64,000 bases of DNA from Candidatus Sumerlaeaceae bacterium (GTDB taxonomy: Bacteria > Sumerlaeota > Sumerlaeia > Sumerlaeales > Sumerlaeaceae): contig JAOAAY010000005.1 of NCBI GenBank assembly GCA_026418615.1, forward strand, positions 51,818-115,817, read 5' to 3'. The translations under genes were made by a program, and so were the position numbers. The notes beneath the pieces are model-generated. The model saw only the letters and a list, made by a program, of their open reading frames with translations. It was not told where the DNA came from and made no database searches. Every line of letters begins with the position of its first letter. Positions within the stretch are counted from its first letter, which is position 1. This document shows, in pieces, positions 9,501-19,841 of the stretch.

Positions 9501-12219
9501 CCGAGTCGATCCAGTACCAGGCGGACGCGCCGGGAAACTCGCATGTGATAAGTACGCGAGCCGTTTCGCCGACCTCATGGATCTCCTTGTCGGCGATGAT
9601 CTCCACACCTTGATACTTGATGAAGATGTCGCGTGTTTTTTCGTCGGCCACCGTAAACCACGCGCGCGCATGGCTGCGTGCGCCAAAGGGATCGTCCGCA
9701 GCAAGCAGCAGCCTCATGCGGCCGGTCACGCCCTCGGGAACGCGCCATGTGGCGGTAAGTGTTCCGCTTGCTCCTATGTCCACGCGTTCCGAGGAAACTG
9801 TTGTTACCTTTTCCTCCCCAAGGTCCGGATTCCACTCCACCTTTTCCACATAAAGAGTCGCCGAGGTTGCCACGGGGTCGCCGCTCATGTTGCTTGCGGT
9901 CAGGTCGGCTTTAACAAGGTCGCCGGCCGAATAAAGGTTTTGCTGCGGCGAGACCCGGAGTTGCAGCGCGCGGTCGCTGACCACGATAGTCTGACTGCCG
10001 TCAATGTTGCGGCGGCTCTTATCGGTGACAGTGACCTCGATCTGGAAATCGAAAGCGCGCCCCTCAGGCGGCCACCACCACCAACCGCGCCGATGAGGGG
10101 GGTACGGGTGCCCCGGCTGCTCCGGCGGAACTTCGGCATCGAACTCCAACTCGAAACGCCCCTGTGCGTCGGTGCGCCCTTGGCCGCTGGCCACGATGTC
10201 GCCAACGGAGCCGTGGCGCAGTCCCGGATCAGGCGGCGTCAGATCAAACCAGGCAAGATCCGCCGCCTTATGCCCCATCGGGCGCGGCAAAGGGAACCAA
10301 CGCTCGCGACGCCGCACCGTGTACTGGACCTCACCATCGGCCACGGGAGCGCCAAAGTAATATTTGGCTTCCACGGTTGCCCTGACTTTGCTTCCGATTC
10401 GGAACAACTTGTCCGTGGCCTTGACCGTCACCTCATATTCCGGCTTTTTATATTCTTCGACGCGGAAGGCTTCCTCGCTCATTCCGCGGCCGGAGGAAGC
10501 ATCCGTCACTCGGATGCGGTAGCGGCCGAGCGGCGGGGCAGAACCTAGTTTCATGCTGCCGCTGACGGATCCAAACTCGTTAGCGGTCACCTCTCCGCTC
10601 TCATGCACGGTCTGCCCCTGCGGGTCTTCTATGGTCACACGCAGCCGTGCGCCTGCTCCGCCTACATAGTCACCGCCTTTGCGCCCACGCACGATGGCGC
10701 GGTAATGCACCTCTTGCTCCGGCCTGTAGACGGGGCGGTCGGAATAAATATAAACCCTATATTCGTCGTCGCGTCCGCCGGCGTTCCCGAAGTGGTATCC
10801 CGTGGCGATGGCGTAGTGATCGCCATCGCGTGCAATGGCCATGTAGGCTCGGTTTTCATACGGGCTGACATCCGCCGTCGCAAAGCCGCTGTCGTCGGTC
10901 CGCAGTGTGTCAACCCGTGAAAACCGCGGTTGGCGCTGACCGCCCATGTTGACCATGGGATCCTTGGGATTGCAGGCAAAGGCTATGCTGATGCCCGGTT
11001 TGGGTCGGCCGCTTTCGGCCTCGACAGCCCACATCTCCACGCCCTCGCTGCCGCTGTTGGTGACCAGCAGGAGGTTGCTGACCAGCAGTAGCGCATAAGC
11101 GTTTGCCGACCCGGCGCGCGCCTGCACAACATAGGCGCCGGGCTTTTCCATTCTCAATGCCAACGCCGCGGTTGTCGGCTCGTGGCGATCGTTGGTCTGA
11201 AACTTTACCGTTTCGGTTTTAGCCGGCTCGCCGCGCACCCGCTTGAGGTTGAGTTTCGGCGCACGATCGGAGGCGAGCATCTGCACGGGATCGAACGGTG
11301 TAACGGTGATCACCGCCTCGGGGACATTGCGTGCAACGAGCACAATGTCCACGGTTTCACCGGGTCTGTAAGCGGATTCGATGGAAAAAAAGACCTGTTG
11401 CTCGCGGATTTGGGCGGCCATTCGCGCGGCTTCCCGGGCGGGGCGTGTGGTTGGCCATTCGCGCGCGATCCGGTCGTACTCTGCCGCCGCGGCCGGCAAG
11501 TCGTTTTGTGACATGTAGTGTAGCGCTACCTGCATGAGCGCGTTGGGAGCAGACGGTGTGCGCGGAAACTCCTTCGCGATTTGCCGCAAAGCGGCGATCC
11601 AGGCCCCGGTATCGCGGCTGCCCGTCACATAGCCGGACGCATCAGCCCGCCGCAGGTGCGCTTCAGCAATTTGCTGCTCGTTTTCGAGCAGGGGTATCAG
11701 TTTGTCGTAAAATCCAAAGACAAAGGCCCGATCCTGCTCGTTGTCAAAGTGGACGCGTCCCGCGATATCGTATGCCACCTCGCGGTAAAACTGGCGGCGT
11801 TCCGCGGCAGGAGCCTCGGTTAGGAGGCGATCGGCCCGCCGGAGGTACTCGATCATCGTCGTGCGGGCATCGCCGTCCGGCAAATAGTTTGCACGCAGGC
11901 GTACCAACTGCCAGTAGGCGCGGCCGGCCCACGCATCGGAATCGCCGTCCTTGAGCACCTGCTCGAAAATTGGCTCCGCCTCCTCATGCCGGTGCAGTTC
12001 GAGCATACACCACCCTGCCCGCAGCAGGGCTTCGCGGCGCGTGGCCGTGGTGGCCGATTCGTCAGCCCGGATTTGCTGGTATTGCTCCAGCGCCATCTGC
12101 CAGGACTGTTCGGCAAAGAGTTTGTTGGCTGATTGAAGTGTGGGAATTTGTTCGGACGCGGTTAAGATCGCCGCGGCGGCGAGGACGACCAAGGACAGCA
12201 GGACAGCAGTTCGACGCAT
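6598..12219 (-). CDS. Alpha-2-macroglobulin family protein with thioester motif and an N-terminal TPR-like extension
   Basis: The ORF is 1873 aa. The motif EYPYGCVEQTMSRF is present, with the CVEQ codons at 8071..8082. Long MG-domain-like beta repeats are visible. The signal peptide is MRRTAVLLSLVVLAAAAILTA. The first ~280 aa are helical and TPR-like. Confidence 0.9.
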   Translation of the reverse strand: MRRTAVLLSLVVLAAAAILTASEQIPTLQSANKLFAEQSWQMALEQYQQIRADESATTATRREALLRAGWCMLELHRHEEAEPIFEQVLKDGDSDAWAGRAYWQLVRLRANYLPDGDARTTMIEYLRRADRLLTEAPAAERRQFYREVAYDIAGRVHFDNEQDRAFVFGFYDKLIPLLENEQQIAEAHLRRADASGYVTGSRDTGAWIAALRQIAKEFPRTPSAPNALMQVALHYMSQNDLPAAAAEYDRIAREWPTTRPAREAARMAAQIREQQVFFSIESAYRPGETVDIVLVARNVPEAVITVTPFDPVQMLASDRAPKLNLKRVRGEPAKTETVKFQTNDRHEPTTAALALRMEKPGAYVVQARAGSANAYALLLVSNLLLVTNSGSEGVEMWAVEAESGRPKPGISIAFACNPKDPMVNMGGQRQPRFSRVDTLRTDDSGFATADVSPYENRAYMAIARDGDHYAIATGYHFGNAGGRDDEYRVYIYSDRPVYRPEQEVHYRAIVRGRKGGDYVGGAGARLRVTIEDPQGQTVHESGEVTANEFGSVSGSMKLGSAPPLGRYRIRVTDASSGRGMSEEAFRVEEYKKPEYEVTVKATDKLFRIGSKVRATVEAKYYFGAPVADGEVQYTVRRRERWFPLPRPMGHKAADLAWFDLTPPDPGLRHGSVGDIVASGQGRTDAQGRFELEFDAEVPPEQPGHPYPPHRRGWWWWPPEGRAFDFQIEVTVTDKSRRNIDGSQTIVVSDRALQLRVSPQQNLYSAGDLVKADLTASNMSGDPVATSATLYVEKVEWNPDLGEEKVTTVSSERVDIGASGTLTATWRVPEGVTGRMRLLLAADDPFGARSHARAWFTVADEKTRDIFIKYQGVEIIADKEIHEVGETARVLITCEFPGASAWYWIDSGTGNLDKRVLPLEHRTTFVKIPVTDAFVPNSKIHVVVVRDGQVFMDEHELIVPPTRKVLTVEVRPDRETYRPGEKGAVTVTARDFAGKPVKAEFSLAMFDQSILYIASDTRTDIRRFFYGERRALVSNVGNSEALPGQYNELDPPIAQNLLFRHGAGSEHRPRRRSGGRGDIVMRDVAAPDMIYANGLVAGAVPMPAAPMAMAASREMGEAAPLAESKAAASQPFHTRDGLATEDAKMAPAVIRSDFRDSMFWSPTILTGEDGRATVEVQFPDSLTTWRAVAVGITPDTLVGNASVETVVKKNLLVRLETPRFFRERDEVTLSANVHNYLGSEKAVTVRLKANGLEFSGEPQKITVPAGGEKRVDWTVKAATWGDATLTVEALTDEESDAAKFERPVLPHGIDKFVAWNGSSDDSSTAGLSIERNGATVRIAQEIEVPRERIIGSTRLTVLLSPSLASAVREALPYMVEYPYGCVEQTMSRFVPAAVVASVFAQLNIPRDEFLEKKVADVTAAGIKRLADMQRPDGGWGWWKTDEPNPYMTAYVMSGLTIAREAGVAGLDDLYNRGLAAVRRSVDEFEPTSDRPSLYWRDNDLHTLAMQLFVLSRASGGDVPGKPLDYLWTRRNDLSPQGLALLARTLWQTGRHDDARVALRNLQNFAVISPENDTARWGRLRGAWYWWDDAVEATAHGLMACLEIDPQNPMARRAMKWLVINRQGARWKSTKDSGLAVLALTAYLKDRRESAASQRIEVTVGGGEPRVIEITPQNFWEFNGRIVLEGDAVPEGCYPVTITRTGDGTLFYSVFAEYFTLEEGIKGAGHEIFVERRYERLVRKTVTDTTAVAAVDTYEPIRDGDSVQSGDEIRVTLRIKSLNDFEYLVFEDPKPAGMEPVALQSGTAYSGGVSNMELRDELVAFFFTHLPQGEREVHYNIRAEIPGTFHTMPTKGYAMYYPPLRANSDELVIKVTDRP

Positions 12220-12303
12220 GGGAATCGTCTCCGGCAGTGATGTGCTGACAGTTAGAGACTCTGCGGCTGCTGCGCATGTTTGGTCAAGCCGCGCCGCGGA
12301 CGG

Positions 12304-14028
12304 TTAAAAATTTCCGATTACCATCAGATCCAGCCAGCCGCCCTTCTGAAACTGGTAGAAGCGCCGGCTGAGGCGAACCGTCGCGCTGCACGGAATATCG
12401 TCACCGCCGCGCTCAACCCACTTTTGCCACCTCTCCGCGGGAATGAGGAGCGCAGCCGGCTGCGAAGTTCGGGCGAGCCGTTCGATCGCCGTGGAGGCCT
12501 CATTTTTCCCGAGCATGTCCACGGGACGGCCCCAGTAGAAAACGAGCGACGGCTCCTGATACCCGACGGCCATGAGATGAGTCCCGGGGGGCGCATGTTC
12601 ACGCAACCAGTCAGCCACAACCTTGGACGGCCGCAGGGGCTCGAGCGCCGGAAGGCCCCAAGGGAGGAGAACAATCCAAAGAGACAGCAAAGCCGCGGCA
12701 TTCGCAGTGAGTGCGAGTGTGGCCCGCGGTTGCCACCAAAGCCATGCAGCAACGGCACTCCCCAAAGCCACGATCAAGCCCGCGACGAATGCTGGAATCA
12801 TGGCGTCAGGGAACGGAACGGCGACCACGGCAACACACAACAGGGCTCCTGCCAGCAGCCCCACCAACGCACCCAGCACAGCACCGGTGCGCATCAGCCT
12901 CGGCCAAACACCCGCTGACACCGCAGGCCACGAGAGCGCCGCAGCGAGCGCCAGCGGCGGCACGGCCGGCAGAATATAGTGCGGCAATTTCGTCCCGGCG
13001 AGGGAAAACATGATGAATGTTGGCAAAAACCAGCACACGAGCAAACGCCGAGCAGGGCATCCGGCCCGCGCCTCGCGCCAGGCTGTCACGGCGCCCACCA
13101 GCACCGCGGGCAACCCAGCCAGCGAGGCCACCAGCAGCACCGGCAGATAATAAACGATTGGACCCCGGTGGCTTTCCTTAGCCGTGGCAGCGTGGGCCAA
13201 CGCATGGTCACGCAGGATCACGCGCAGAAACTCGCCGTCCGTTCGCAACCAAGCGAGGACGACCCAAGGCGCCGCGACAGCCAGCAACACAACCCACCCG
13301 AGCGCTGTGCGAGCCACGCGCCACGACCCGGGCACGTAACCAACGGGCGGACGCCATCGGCTCCAAAACCCTTCACACACCACGGCCAGACCGACCACCA
13401 TCAGGCCAATGTGACCTTTGGCAAGCACCGCCAAACCGAGAAGTAGCCAGAACAAGCCGTGCCGCCACCATGCAAACCCGCAGGAGCGTTGCTGCCAATG
13501 CAACGCAAAGCACGCCACAATCAGCAATAGCAGGACCGCATCTATAGTGGAAGATTTGGCCACGAGGGTCATGAGCGGGCTGAAGCCCAGGATGGCGGCA
13601 GCCACAAACGCGCAGTCGCGACGGCGCGCCATGCGCCCTCCGAGCCACGCCACAATGGCGACAGCCAGCGCCCCCGACACCGCTTGCGCGCTTCGGGCCG
13701 AAAATTCGTTGGATCCCAGAAGCCTCATCGGGACGCTCATGACCCAGTAAATGAGCGGCGGCTTGTTGTAACGGATGCTGCCGTTGAAATGCGGAATGAC
13801 GAAATCGCCGCTGCGTATCATTTCCTGCGTGGCCACAGCATAGCGCGGCTCATCCCGGTCCCATAGACTGTGCCACCCGTTGCCATACAGGTATAGTCCC
13901 AGAAAAACCATAAACACGACAGCGCATGCCGGTCCAAGGCGAGGACTTTCGGGCGCCGGAGCGGCAGTGTCGGACAGAGGCGTCATTTCGTCTGTGCCAC
14001 CAACGCCCAGCGGTGCCGCTCTTGTCAA
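12304..14028 (-). CDS. GT-C glycosyltransferase, family 39 (ArnT/PMT-like)
   Basis: The ORF is 574 aa and polytopic. The N-terminal loop WDRDEPRYAVATQEMIRSGDFVIPHFNGSIRYNKPPLIYW is typical of ArnT-like enzymes. A TTG start at 14028 overlaps the upstream stop as TTGA. An alternative ATG start is at 13986. Confidence 0.8.
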   Translation of the reverse strand: MTRAAPLGVGGTDEMTPLSDTAAPAPESPRLGPACAVVFMVFLGLYLYGNGWHSLWDRDEPRYAVATQEMIRSGDFVIPHFNGSIRYNKPPLIYWVMSVPMRLLGSNEFSARSAQAVSGALAVAIVAWLGGRMARRRDCAFVAAAILGFSPLMTLVAKSSTIDAVLLLLIVACFALHWQQRSCGFAWWRHGLFWLLLGLAVLAKGHIGLMVVGLAVVCEGFWSRWRPPVGYVPGSWRVARTALGWVVLLAVAAPWVVLAWLRTDGEFLRVILRDHALAHAATAKESHRGPIVYYLPVLLVASLAGLPAVLVGAVTAWREARAGCPARRLLVCWFLPTFIMFSLAGTKLPHYILPAVPPLALAAALSWPAVSAGVWPRLMRTGAVLGALVGLLAGALLCVAVVAVPFPDAMIPAFVAGLIVALGSAVAAWLWWQPRATLALTANAAALLSLWIVLLPWGLPALEPLRPSKVVADWLREHAPPGTHLMAVGYQEPSLVFYWGRPVDMLGKNEASTAIERLARTSQPAALLIPAERWQKWVERGGDDIPCSATVRLSRRFYQFQKGGWLDLMVIGNF

Positions 14029-14915
14029 ACTTCTCCGGCCAATTTCCGCCTGATCCCCTCTTGAAAGGGAATCGGGTCGAATCCGAGGTCGCGCCGGGCC
14101 GCAGAGATATCAAACACTTTGTCTTCCCGCATGCGCTGAACCTGATCCGGCCGCAGGGGCGGGTTGGACATGACCCGGGAAAGGATCCGGGCCGCCAGCA
14201 TAACGACACCGAGGGGCACAGGCACCAGCAAACGGCGCAAGCCCGCTTCCCGGAGGATGGTTCGCACCATATCCGCGTAACTGATTGGTTGCGGGCCGGC
14301 CAGCGTATAGTCGCGCCCGATGGTGGCCGGATTATCGAGCGCGGCCACGACAGCCGAGACGACATCCCAAGTGAACACCGGTTGCCAAAGCATCCGACCG
14401 CCGTCGGGCAGAGCATGGATAGGCCATCGGCGCAGGGACCGCACCAAATGCGTGAGGTTATTGTCCTCGTCCCCGCCGTAGATCATCGAAGGCCGCAGGA
14501 TCGTCCAATCCAAGCCCGACGCCATGACCGCCGCCTCCCCCTCGATGACCCACCGCGCGGTATGCTCCGGAAATTTCGTGAAGCGCCGCGCCGATGACAT
14601 GAAAACGACCCGCCGCACCCCTGAGGCCCGAGCCGCTGCAAGAACATGCGGTGAAAACCGGATGTGGGTCATGGCCGCGATAGCCCGACAGCCGGAAACG
14701 GCGCGCCTGAGGCAGGCTGCATCTTCGATGTCGCCGCGGACAATCTCAGCGCCACGCAACCGGGCCGGAAGGCGTTCCGGATCACGGCGCGTTAGCACGC
14801 GCACATGCTCGCCATGTTCGAGCAGGCGTGCCGTAAGCCGCTGACCCGTATGGCCGGTTGCGCCGGTGACGAGTATCATGAAAATGGTGCTTTCGAAGTC
14901 CGCGCCCGGATTCAA
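14025..14915 (-). CDS. NAD(P)-binding SDR-type protein (NmrA / NDUFA9-like)
   Basis: The Rossmann motif ILVTGATGHTGQRL is present. The more likely start is the ATG at 14879 (MILVTGATG), since 14915 is a TTG. Confidence 0.8.
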   Translation of the reverse strand: MNPGADFESTIFMILVTGATGHTGQRLTARLLEHGEHVRVLTRRDPERLPARLRGAEIVRGDIEDAACLRRAVSGCRAIAAMTHIRFSPHVLAAARASGVRRVVFMSSARRFTKFPEHTARWVIEGEAAVMASGLDWTILRPSMIYGGDEDNNLTHLVRSLRRWPIHALPDGGRMLWQPVFTWDVVSAVVAALDNPATIGRDYTLAGPQPISYADMVRTILREAGLRRLLVPVPLGVVMLAARILSRVMSNPPLRPDQVQRMREDKVFDISAARRDLGFDPIPFQEGIRRKLAGEV

Positions 14916-15152
14916 GGGCGATACGACACCATGGCGAAGGATAATTCGGCTGAGAATCCGCCAAAGATTTAGAAAAAATCAAAAGCCCCAACATTGAGGC
15001 TGACCGGCAGTACCGTGTCAGCAGGCGGTTCTTTTTGACCGGTCTAAAAGAATGACTAAACCGCATGGTTTTGACTGTACAGTCTTCAAGCCGCTTCGGA
15101 TGCGCGAAAGCGGCGGGTGTTGTGCGTACGGGGGTTGCGCTCACGCCAAGTG

Positions 15153-15177
15153 CCTGCGTCTGTGGCGCAGGTTTTTT
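15153..15177 (+). promoter_or_regulatory. Terminator-like hairpin plus T6 tract in the gltB 5' leader; possible attenuator
   Basis: CCTGCG (15153-15158) pairs with CGCAGG (15166-15171) across a 7-nt loop and is followed by TTTTTT (15172-15177). The tract ends 20 nt before the gltB ATG. The upstream gene is divergent, so this hairpin does not terminate it. Confidence 0.4.
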
Positions 15178-15197
15178 GTAGAAAAGAGGGCAGGGTA

Positions 15198-18100
15198 ATG
15201 AAGGGATCGCAGCGACCCTCGCAGCAGGGTCTCTACAGACCAGAGCATGAGCATGACGCTTGCGGCGTGGGCTTCGTGGTGGACATCAAAGGGCGGCGAA
15301 GCCATTCCACGGTGCGCGACGCCCTTCAAATTCTCGAAAATCTTCTGCACCGCGGCGCCTGCGGTTGTGATCCGTCTACGGGGGACGGAGCCGGAATCCT
15401 GACCCAAATGCCCCACGAATTTCTCGCCAAGGAATGTGCACGCCTTGGGTTTTCCCTCCCGCCGCCGGGGCAATACGGTGTCGGCATGATGTTCCTGAGT
15501 CGCGACCCGGAGGAACGCGCCGTCTCCGAGCGCGTGCTGGAGCAAATCGTTATTGAGAGCGGCGAGCAAGTGCTGGGATGGCGCGATGTGCCCGTCCAGC
15601 CCGAGACTATCGGCGAAGTGGCGCGCAGTTGCATGCCCGCCATCCGCCAGATTTTCATTCGCCGCTGCGGCCAGTTTGCTGATGACGAGGCATGGGAGCG
15701 CAAACTTTACCTGATCCGCAAATGGGCGAACAAACGGTTTAAGGAAGAGGAGATCCCGGGCCACGAGATCTACTATGCATGCAGCATGTCATCGCGGACG
15801 ATTATCTATAAGGGCATGCTGATTGCGGACCAGATTGACGCTTTCTATCCGGACCTGCGCAACCCGGACTACACCAGCGCACTGGCCCTCGTGCACTCCC
15901 GGTTTTCGACCAACACTTTCCCGTCATGGGAACTGGCCCACCCCTACCGCATGATAGCCCACAATGGCGAGATCAACACGCTGCGCGGCAATCGCAACTG
16001 GATGCGGGCGCGCGAGGCCACCATTCAGAGCCCCCTTTTCGGCCAAGACATCACCAAACTGTTCCCTCTCGTAACGGAGACCGGAAGCGATTCGGCGACC
16101 TTTGACAACGCGCTGGAATTTCTCGTGATGACAGGGCGCTCGCTTCCGCACGCCGTGATGATGATGATCCCCGAGGCTTGGACGGGCGACCCGCTCATGG
16201 ACCCCGACAAGCGCGCCTTTTACGAGTATCACGCCTGCCTCATGGAGCCGTGGGACGGCCCCGCGGCCATCGCGTTCACGGACGGCGTGCGTATCGGCTG
16301 CGTGCTGGATCGAAACGGGCTGCGGCCCGGCCGTTACTGGGTAACAGACGACGACCGGCTGATCTACGCATCCGAGACCGGCGTGCTTGATGTGCCGGTC
16401 GAGCAGGTGCGAGCGAAAGGCAAGATGCGCCCCGGACGGATGCTGTTGGTGGATACCGAGCAAGGGCGCATCATCAGCGACGAGGAGATCAAGCGCACAG
16501 TAGCGACGGCCCGACCCTACCGGCAATGGGTGGATCAAAACATCGTGGACCTTGACGCGCTACCCGATCCGCCGCCAGGGCCTGACTCGGTACCGGAAGC
16601 CATGACGGGCAACCGTCTGCTCCAGCAGCAGCAGGCTTTCGGATACACGCTCGAGGATTTGCGCATCCTGATGGCACCCATGGCAGCGACCGGTGAGGAG
16701 GCCATTGGGTCCATGGGCAATGATGCGCCGCTCGCCGTGCTAAGCGACCGCCCCCAGTTGCTGTATAACTATTTTAAGCAACTTTTCGCGCAAGTGACGA
16801 ACCCCCCCATCGACTCGATCCGCGAGGAGATGGTCATGTCCACCTGGAACTATGTGGGCGGCTGGGGCAACCTGTGCGAGGAGACGCCGCGACACTGCCG
16901 GGTGGTGCGCATCGTGCATCCCATCCTGACGAACAAGCAGTTGGAGCGACTGCGCGCCCTCGATTCAGGCGAACTACGCTCCATCACGCTGCCCATGCTT
17001 TTCGATGTGCGCGACGGCGAGACCGGTCTGAAACGCGGCATGGAACTGCTGTGTGCGCGGGGGGCGCAGGCGTGCCGCGACGGGTACAGTATCATCATCC
17101 TGTCCGACCGCGGCGTGGATGAGAACCGCGCCCCTATTCCGGCCCTGCTGGCGACCGCCGGACTGCACCACCATCTCATCCGGGTCGGGCTGCGCGGTTG
17201 CGCCGGCATTGTGGTCGAGACGGCCGAGGCGCGCGAGGTCATGCACTTCGCCCTGCTGATCGGATACGGCGCGGGCGGTATCAATCCATACCTGGCCTTT
17301 GATACGATCCGCGACATGATCGAGTCCGGCACCGTCCCGGAGGAACTGGCGCCGGCGGGTACGCTCACCGTAGAACAAGCCATCAAAAACTATGTCAAAG
17401 CCGCCGACAAAGCCCTTCTCAAGATTATCGCCAAGATGGGCATCTCGACCATTCAGAGTTACGAGGGCGCGCAGATCTTTGAGGCCATCGGCCTCAACGA
17501 GGATGTGATAGAGAAATATTTCACCAAAACGGCATCGCGCATCGGCGGCATTGGACTCAATACGATCGCCCGCGAGGTTCTGATGCGCCACAAGCAGGCG
17601 TTCCCCGAGGAACGGCTGACGCGCATCGAACTGCTCGAATGGGGCGGGCAGTACCAGTTCCGACGCGACGGCGAGTTCCACCTGTTCAATCCCGACTCGG
17701 TGTTCAAATTGCAGCACGCCTGCCGGACAGGCGACTACAAGGTTTTCCGCGAATACTCGAAACTGATCAACGACCAGAGCGAGCGGCGATGCACGCTGCG
17801 CGGCTTGTTCCGGTTCAAGAAGGGCAACCCGATCCCGCTCGACGAGGTGGAGCCCGCCGCGGAGATCGTCAAACGGTTTGCTACAGGAGCCATGAGTTTC
17901 GGGTCCATTAGCAAAGAGGCCCACGAAACGCTCGCCATCGCGATGAACCGCATTGGAGCCAAGAGCAACACGGGCGAGGGCGGCGAGGACCCGGAGCGCT
18001 ACCAGCGCGATCCGAACGGCGATTGGCGGCGCAGCGCCATCAAACAGGTGGCCAGCGGGCGCTTTGGAGTAACCACAAATTACCTTGTCAACGCGGAAGA

Positions 18101-19787
18101 ACTCCAGATTAAGATGGCGCAGGGCGCTAAACCCGGCGAGGGGGGGCAGTTGCCCGGGCACAAGGTGGACAAGGTGATCGCCCGGGTGCGGCATTCGACG
18201 CCCTATGTCGGCCTCATTTCTCCCCCGCCTCACCATGATATCTATTCGATCGAGGATCTGGCACAACTGATCTATGATCTGAAAAACGCCAATCCGCGCG
18301 CCCGCATCAGCGTCAAACTTGTGGCGGAGGTGGGCGTTGGCACGGTCGCGGCGGGCGTGGCCAAGGCTCACAGCGATGTTGTGCTCATTAGCGGCCATGA
18401 CGGCGGCACGGGTGCATCGCCCCTGACATCCATCAAGCATGCTGGCGTTCCGTGGGAACTGGGCATTGCTGAAACGCAGCAGGTTCTGGTCATGAACGAT
18501 CTGCGCGGGCGAATCGTGGTGCAATGCGACGGGCAGTTGAAGACCGGGCGTGACATCGCGGTGGCCACCCTGCTGGGAGCCGAGGAGTGGGGTTGCTCCA
18601 CGGCGCCGCTTGTCGCCATCGGATGCATCATGATGCGAAAGTGCCACCTGAACACTTGTCCCGTCGGTGTCGCAACTCAAGACCCGCGCCTGCGGGCCAA
18701 GTTCACCGGCCAGCCTGAGCATGTCATTAATTTCTTTTACTTTATGGCGGAGGAACTGCGGGAGATCATGGCCGAGTTGGGCTTCCGCACCGTGGCTGAG
18801 ATGGTGGGCCGCTCCGACATGCTCGACATGGAGCCGGCCATCGGACACTGGAAGGCTTACGGTCTCGACTTCTCGCAGATTTTCCATCGGCCGGATGTGC
18901 CGGCCACCACGGCGACGCACTGCGTACAGTCGCAAGATCACGGGCTGGAAAAGGCCCTCGACAACGAGTTGATTCGCCGGTGCCAGACGGCCATCGAGAC
19001 GCGCCAGCCCATTTCGCTCGAATATCCCATCCGGAACCTGAACCGCACCACAGGCGGCATGCTGTCAGGAGAGGCGGCAAGGCGCTGGGGCGAAGAGGGC
19101 CTGCCGCCGGGCACGATTCGCATCAAATTCAATGGATCAGCCGGCCAGTCGTTTGGGGCGTGGCTTTACAAGGGCATCACCTTCGAACTCGTTGGCGATG
19201 CCAATGATTATGTGGGAAAAGGTCTCAGCGGGGGGCGCATCGTCGTACGGCCGCCCGAAGGCGCCCGGTTTGTTCCCGAGGAAAACATCATTGTCGGCAA
19301 CACCTGCCTTTACGGAGCCACGAGCGGGGAGATGTATGTTCGCGGCCTCGCCGGCGAACGCTACGCCGTCCGCAACAGCGGCGCGAAGACCGTCGTGGAA
19401 GGCGTGGGCGACCACGGTTGCGAGTACATGACCGGAGGCGTCGCCGTGGTGTTGGGACCGACAGGACGCAATTTCTCCGCTGGAATGAGCGGAGGGATCG
19501 CGTTTGTCCTCAACGAAGACGGCATGTTCCCCAAACGATGCAATCAGGCTATGGTGGACCTCGAACCTGTCACCGATGCCAAGGACCTCCAAATCCTGCG
19601 TACCTTGGTGTCCAACCACGCGCGCCTGACGGGGAGCACCCGGGCCGCTTCCATCCTCGACCATTGGGACGAAATGCTCCCGATGTTCGTCAAGGTGATG
19701 CCCAAGGATTTCCGGCGCGCGCTGGGCCAGTTGGACGAAGAGGAGCGCGCACAAGCCGAGGCCAAGTTGTTGCCCCAGCCAGTCTGA
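15198..19787 (+). CDS. gltB: Glutamate synthase large subunit
   Basis: The Ntn-amidotransferase N-terminus [14 protein letters not shown] is present, followed by FMN/Fe-S central and C-terminal GXGXG-type domains over ~1529 aa. The ATG at 15198 is preceded by AAGAGGG. The GTG at 15117 given in the track adds a non-conserved extension. Confidence 0.95.
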   Translation: MKGSQRPSQQGLYRPEHEHDACGVGFVVDIKGRRSHSTVRDALQILENLLHRGACGCDPSTGDGAGILTQMPHEFLAKECARLGFSLPPPGQYGVGMMFLSRDPEERAVSERVLEQIVIESGEQVLGWRDVPVQPETIGEVARSCMPAIRQIFIRRCGQFADDEAWERKLYLIRKWANKRFKEEEIPGHEIYYACSMSSRTIIYKGMLIADQIDAFYPDLRNPDYTSALALVHSRFSTNTFPSWELAHPYRMIAHNGEINTLRGNRNWMRAREATIQSPLFGQDITKLFPLVTETGSDSATFDNALEFLVMTGRSLPHAVMMMIPEAWTGDPLMDPDKRAFYEYHACLMEPWDGPAAIAFTDGVRIGCVLDRNGLRPGRYWVTDDDRLIYASETGVLDVPVEQVRAKGKMRPGRMLLVDTEQGRIISDEEIKRTVATARPYRQWVDQNIVDLDALPDPPPGPDSVPEAMTGNRLLQQQQAFGYTLEDLRILMAPMAATGEEAIGSMGNDAPLAVLSDRPQLLYNYFKQLFAQVTNPPIDSIREEMVMSTWNYVGGWGNLCEETPRHCRVVRIVHPILTNKQLERLRALDSGELRSITLPMLFDVRDGETGLKRGMELLCARGAQACRDGYSIIILSDRGVDENRAPIPALLATAGLHHHLIRVGLRGCAGIVVETAEAREVMHFALLIGYGAGGINPYLAFDTIRDMIESGTVPEELAPAGTLTVEQAIKNYVKAADKALLKIIAKMGISTIQSYEGAQIFEAIGLNEDVIEKYFTKTASRIGGIGLNTIAREVLMRHKQAFPEERLTRIELLEWGGQYQFRRDGEFHLFNPDSVFKLQHACRTGDYKVFREYSKLINDQSERRCTLRGLFRFKKGNPIPLDEVEPAAEIVKRFATGAMSFGSISKEAHETLAIAMNRIGAKSNTGEGGEDPERYQRDPNGDWRRSAIKQVASGRFGVTTNYLVNAEELQIKMAQGAKPGEGGQLPGHKVDKVIARVRHSTPYVGLISPPPHHDIYSIEDLAQLIYDLKNANPRARISVKLVAEVGVGTVAAGVAKAHSDVVLISGHDGGTGASPLTSIKHAGVPWELGIAETQQVLVMNDLRGRIVVQCDGQLKTGRDIAVATLLGAEEWGCSTAPLVAIGCIMMRKCHLNTCPVGVATQDPRLRAKFTGQPEHVINFFYFMAEELREIMAELGFRTVAEMVGRSDMLDMEPAIGHWKAYGLDFSQIFHRPDVPATTATHCVQSQDHGLEKALDNELIRRCQTAIETRQPISLEYPIRNLNRTTGGMLSGEAARRWGEEGLPPGTIRIKFNGSAGQSFGAWLYKGITFELVGDANDYVGKGLSGGRIVVRPPEGARFVPEENIIVGNTCLYGATSGEMYVRGLAGERYAVRNSGAKTVVEGVGDHGCEYMTGGVAVVLGPTGRNFSAGMSGGIAFVLNEDGMFPKRCNQAMVDLEPVTDAKDLQILRTLVSNHARLTGSTRAASILDHWDEMLPMFVKVMPKDFRRALGQLDEEERAQAEAKLLPQPV

Positions 19788-19841
19788 CGGTTTCGTGATA
19801 ACGAGATTGCTCTTGACCGCCTTGAGCGGCATCCGAATAGT

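Noticed and set aside
15117-15197. N-terminal extensions implied by the longest-ORF track for gltB (15117), smc (55740), DinB (22684), PBP4 (22101), GH172 (40805) and the 59702 start of the gene after GlmL.
   Set aside because: In each case an internal ATG with a nearby Shine-Dalgarno-like sequence reproduces the conserved family N-terminus. The extension either overlaps a neighbour or is non-conserved-looking.
15061-15197. A glutamine (glnA-motif) riboswitch upstream of gltB.
   Set aside because: The leader lacks the GGAAG-type conserved core I would expect from memory. Only the terminator-like hairpin is reported, and an Rfam scan would be needed to decide.
16974-18941. A 655-aa minus-strand ORF inside gltB.
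   Set aside because: It is antisense to an unambiguous glutamate synthase sequence. Its composition (R, A, G, H, D runs) is non-protein-like and it has no motifs.
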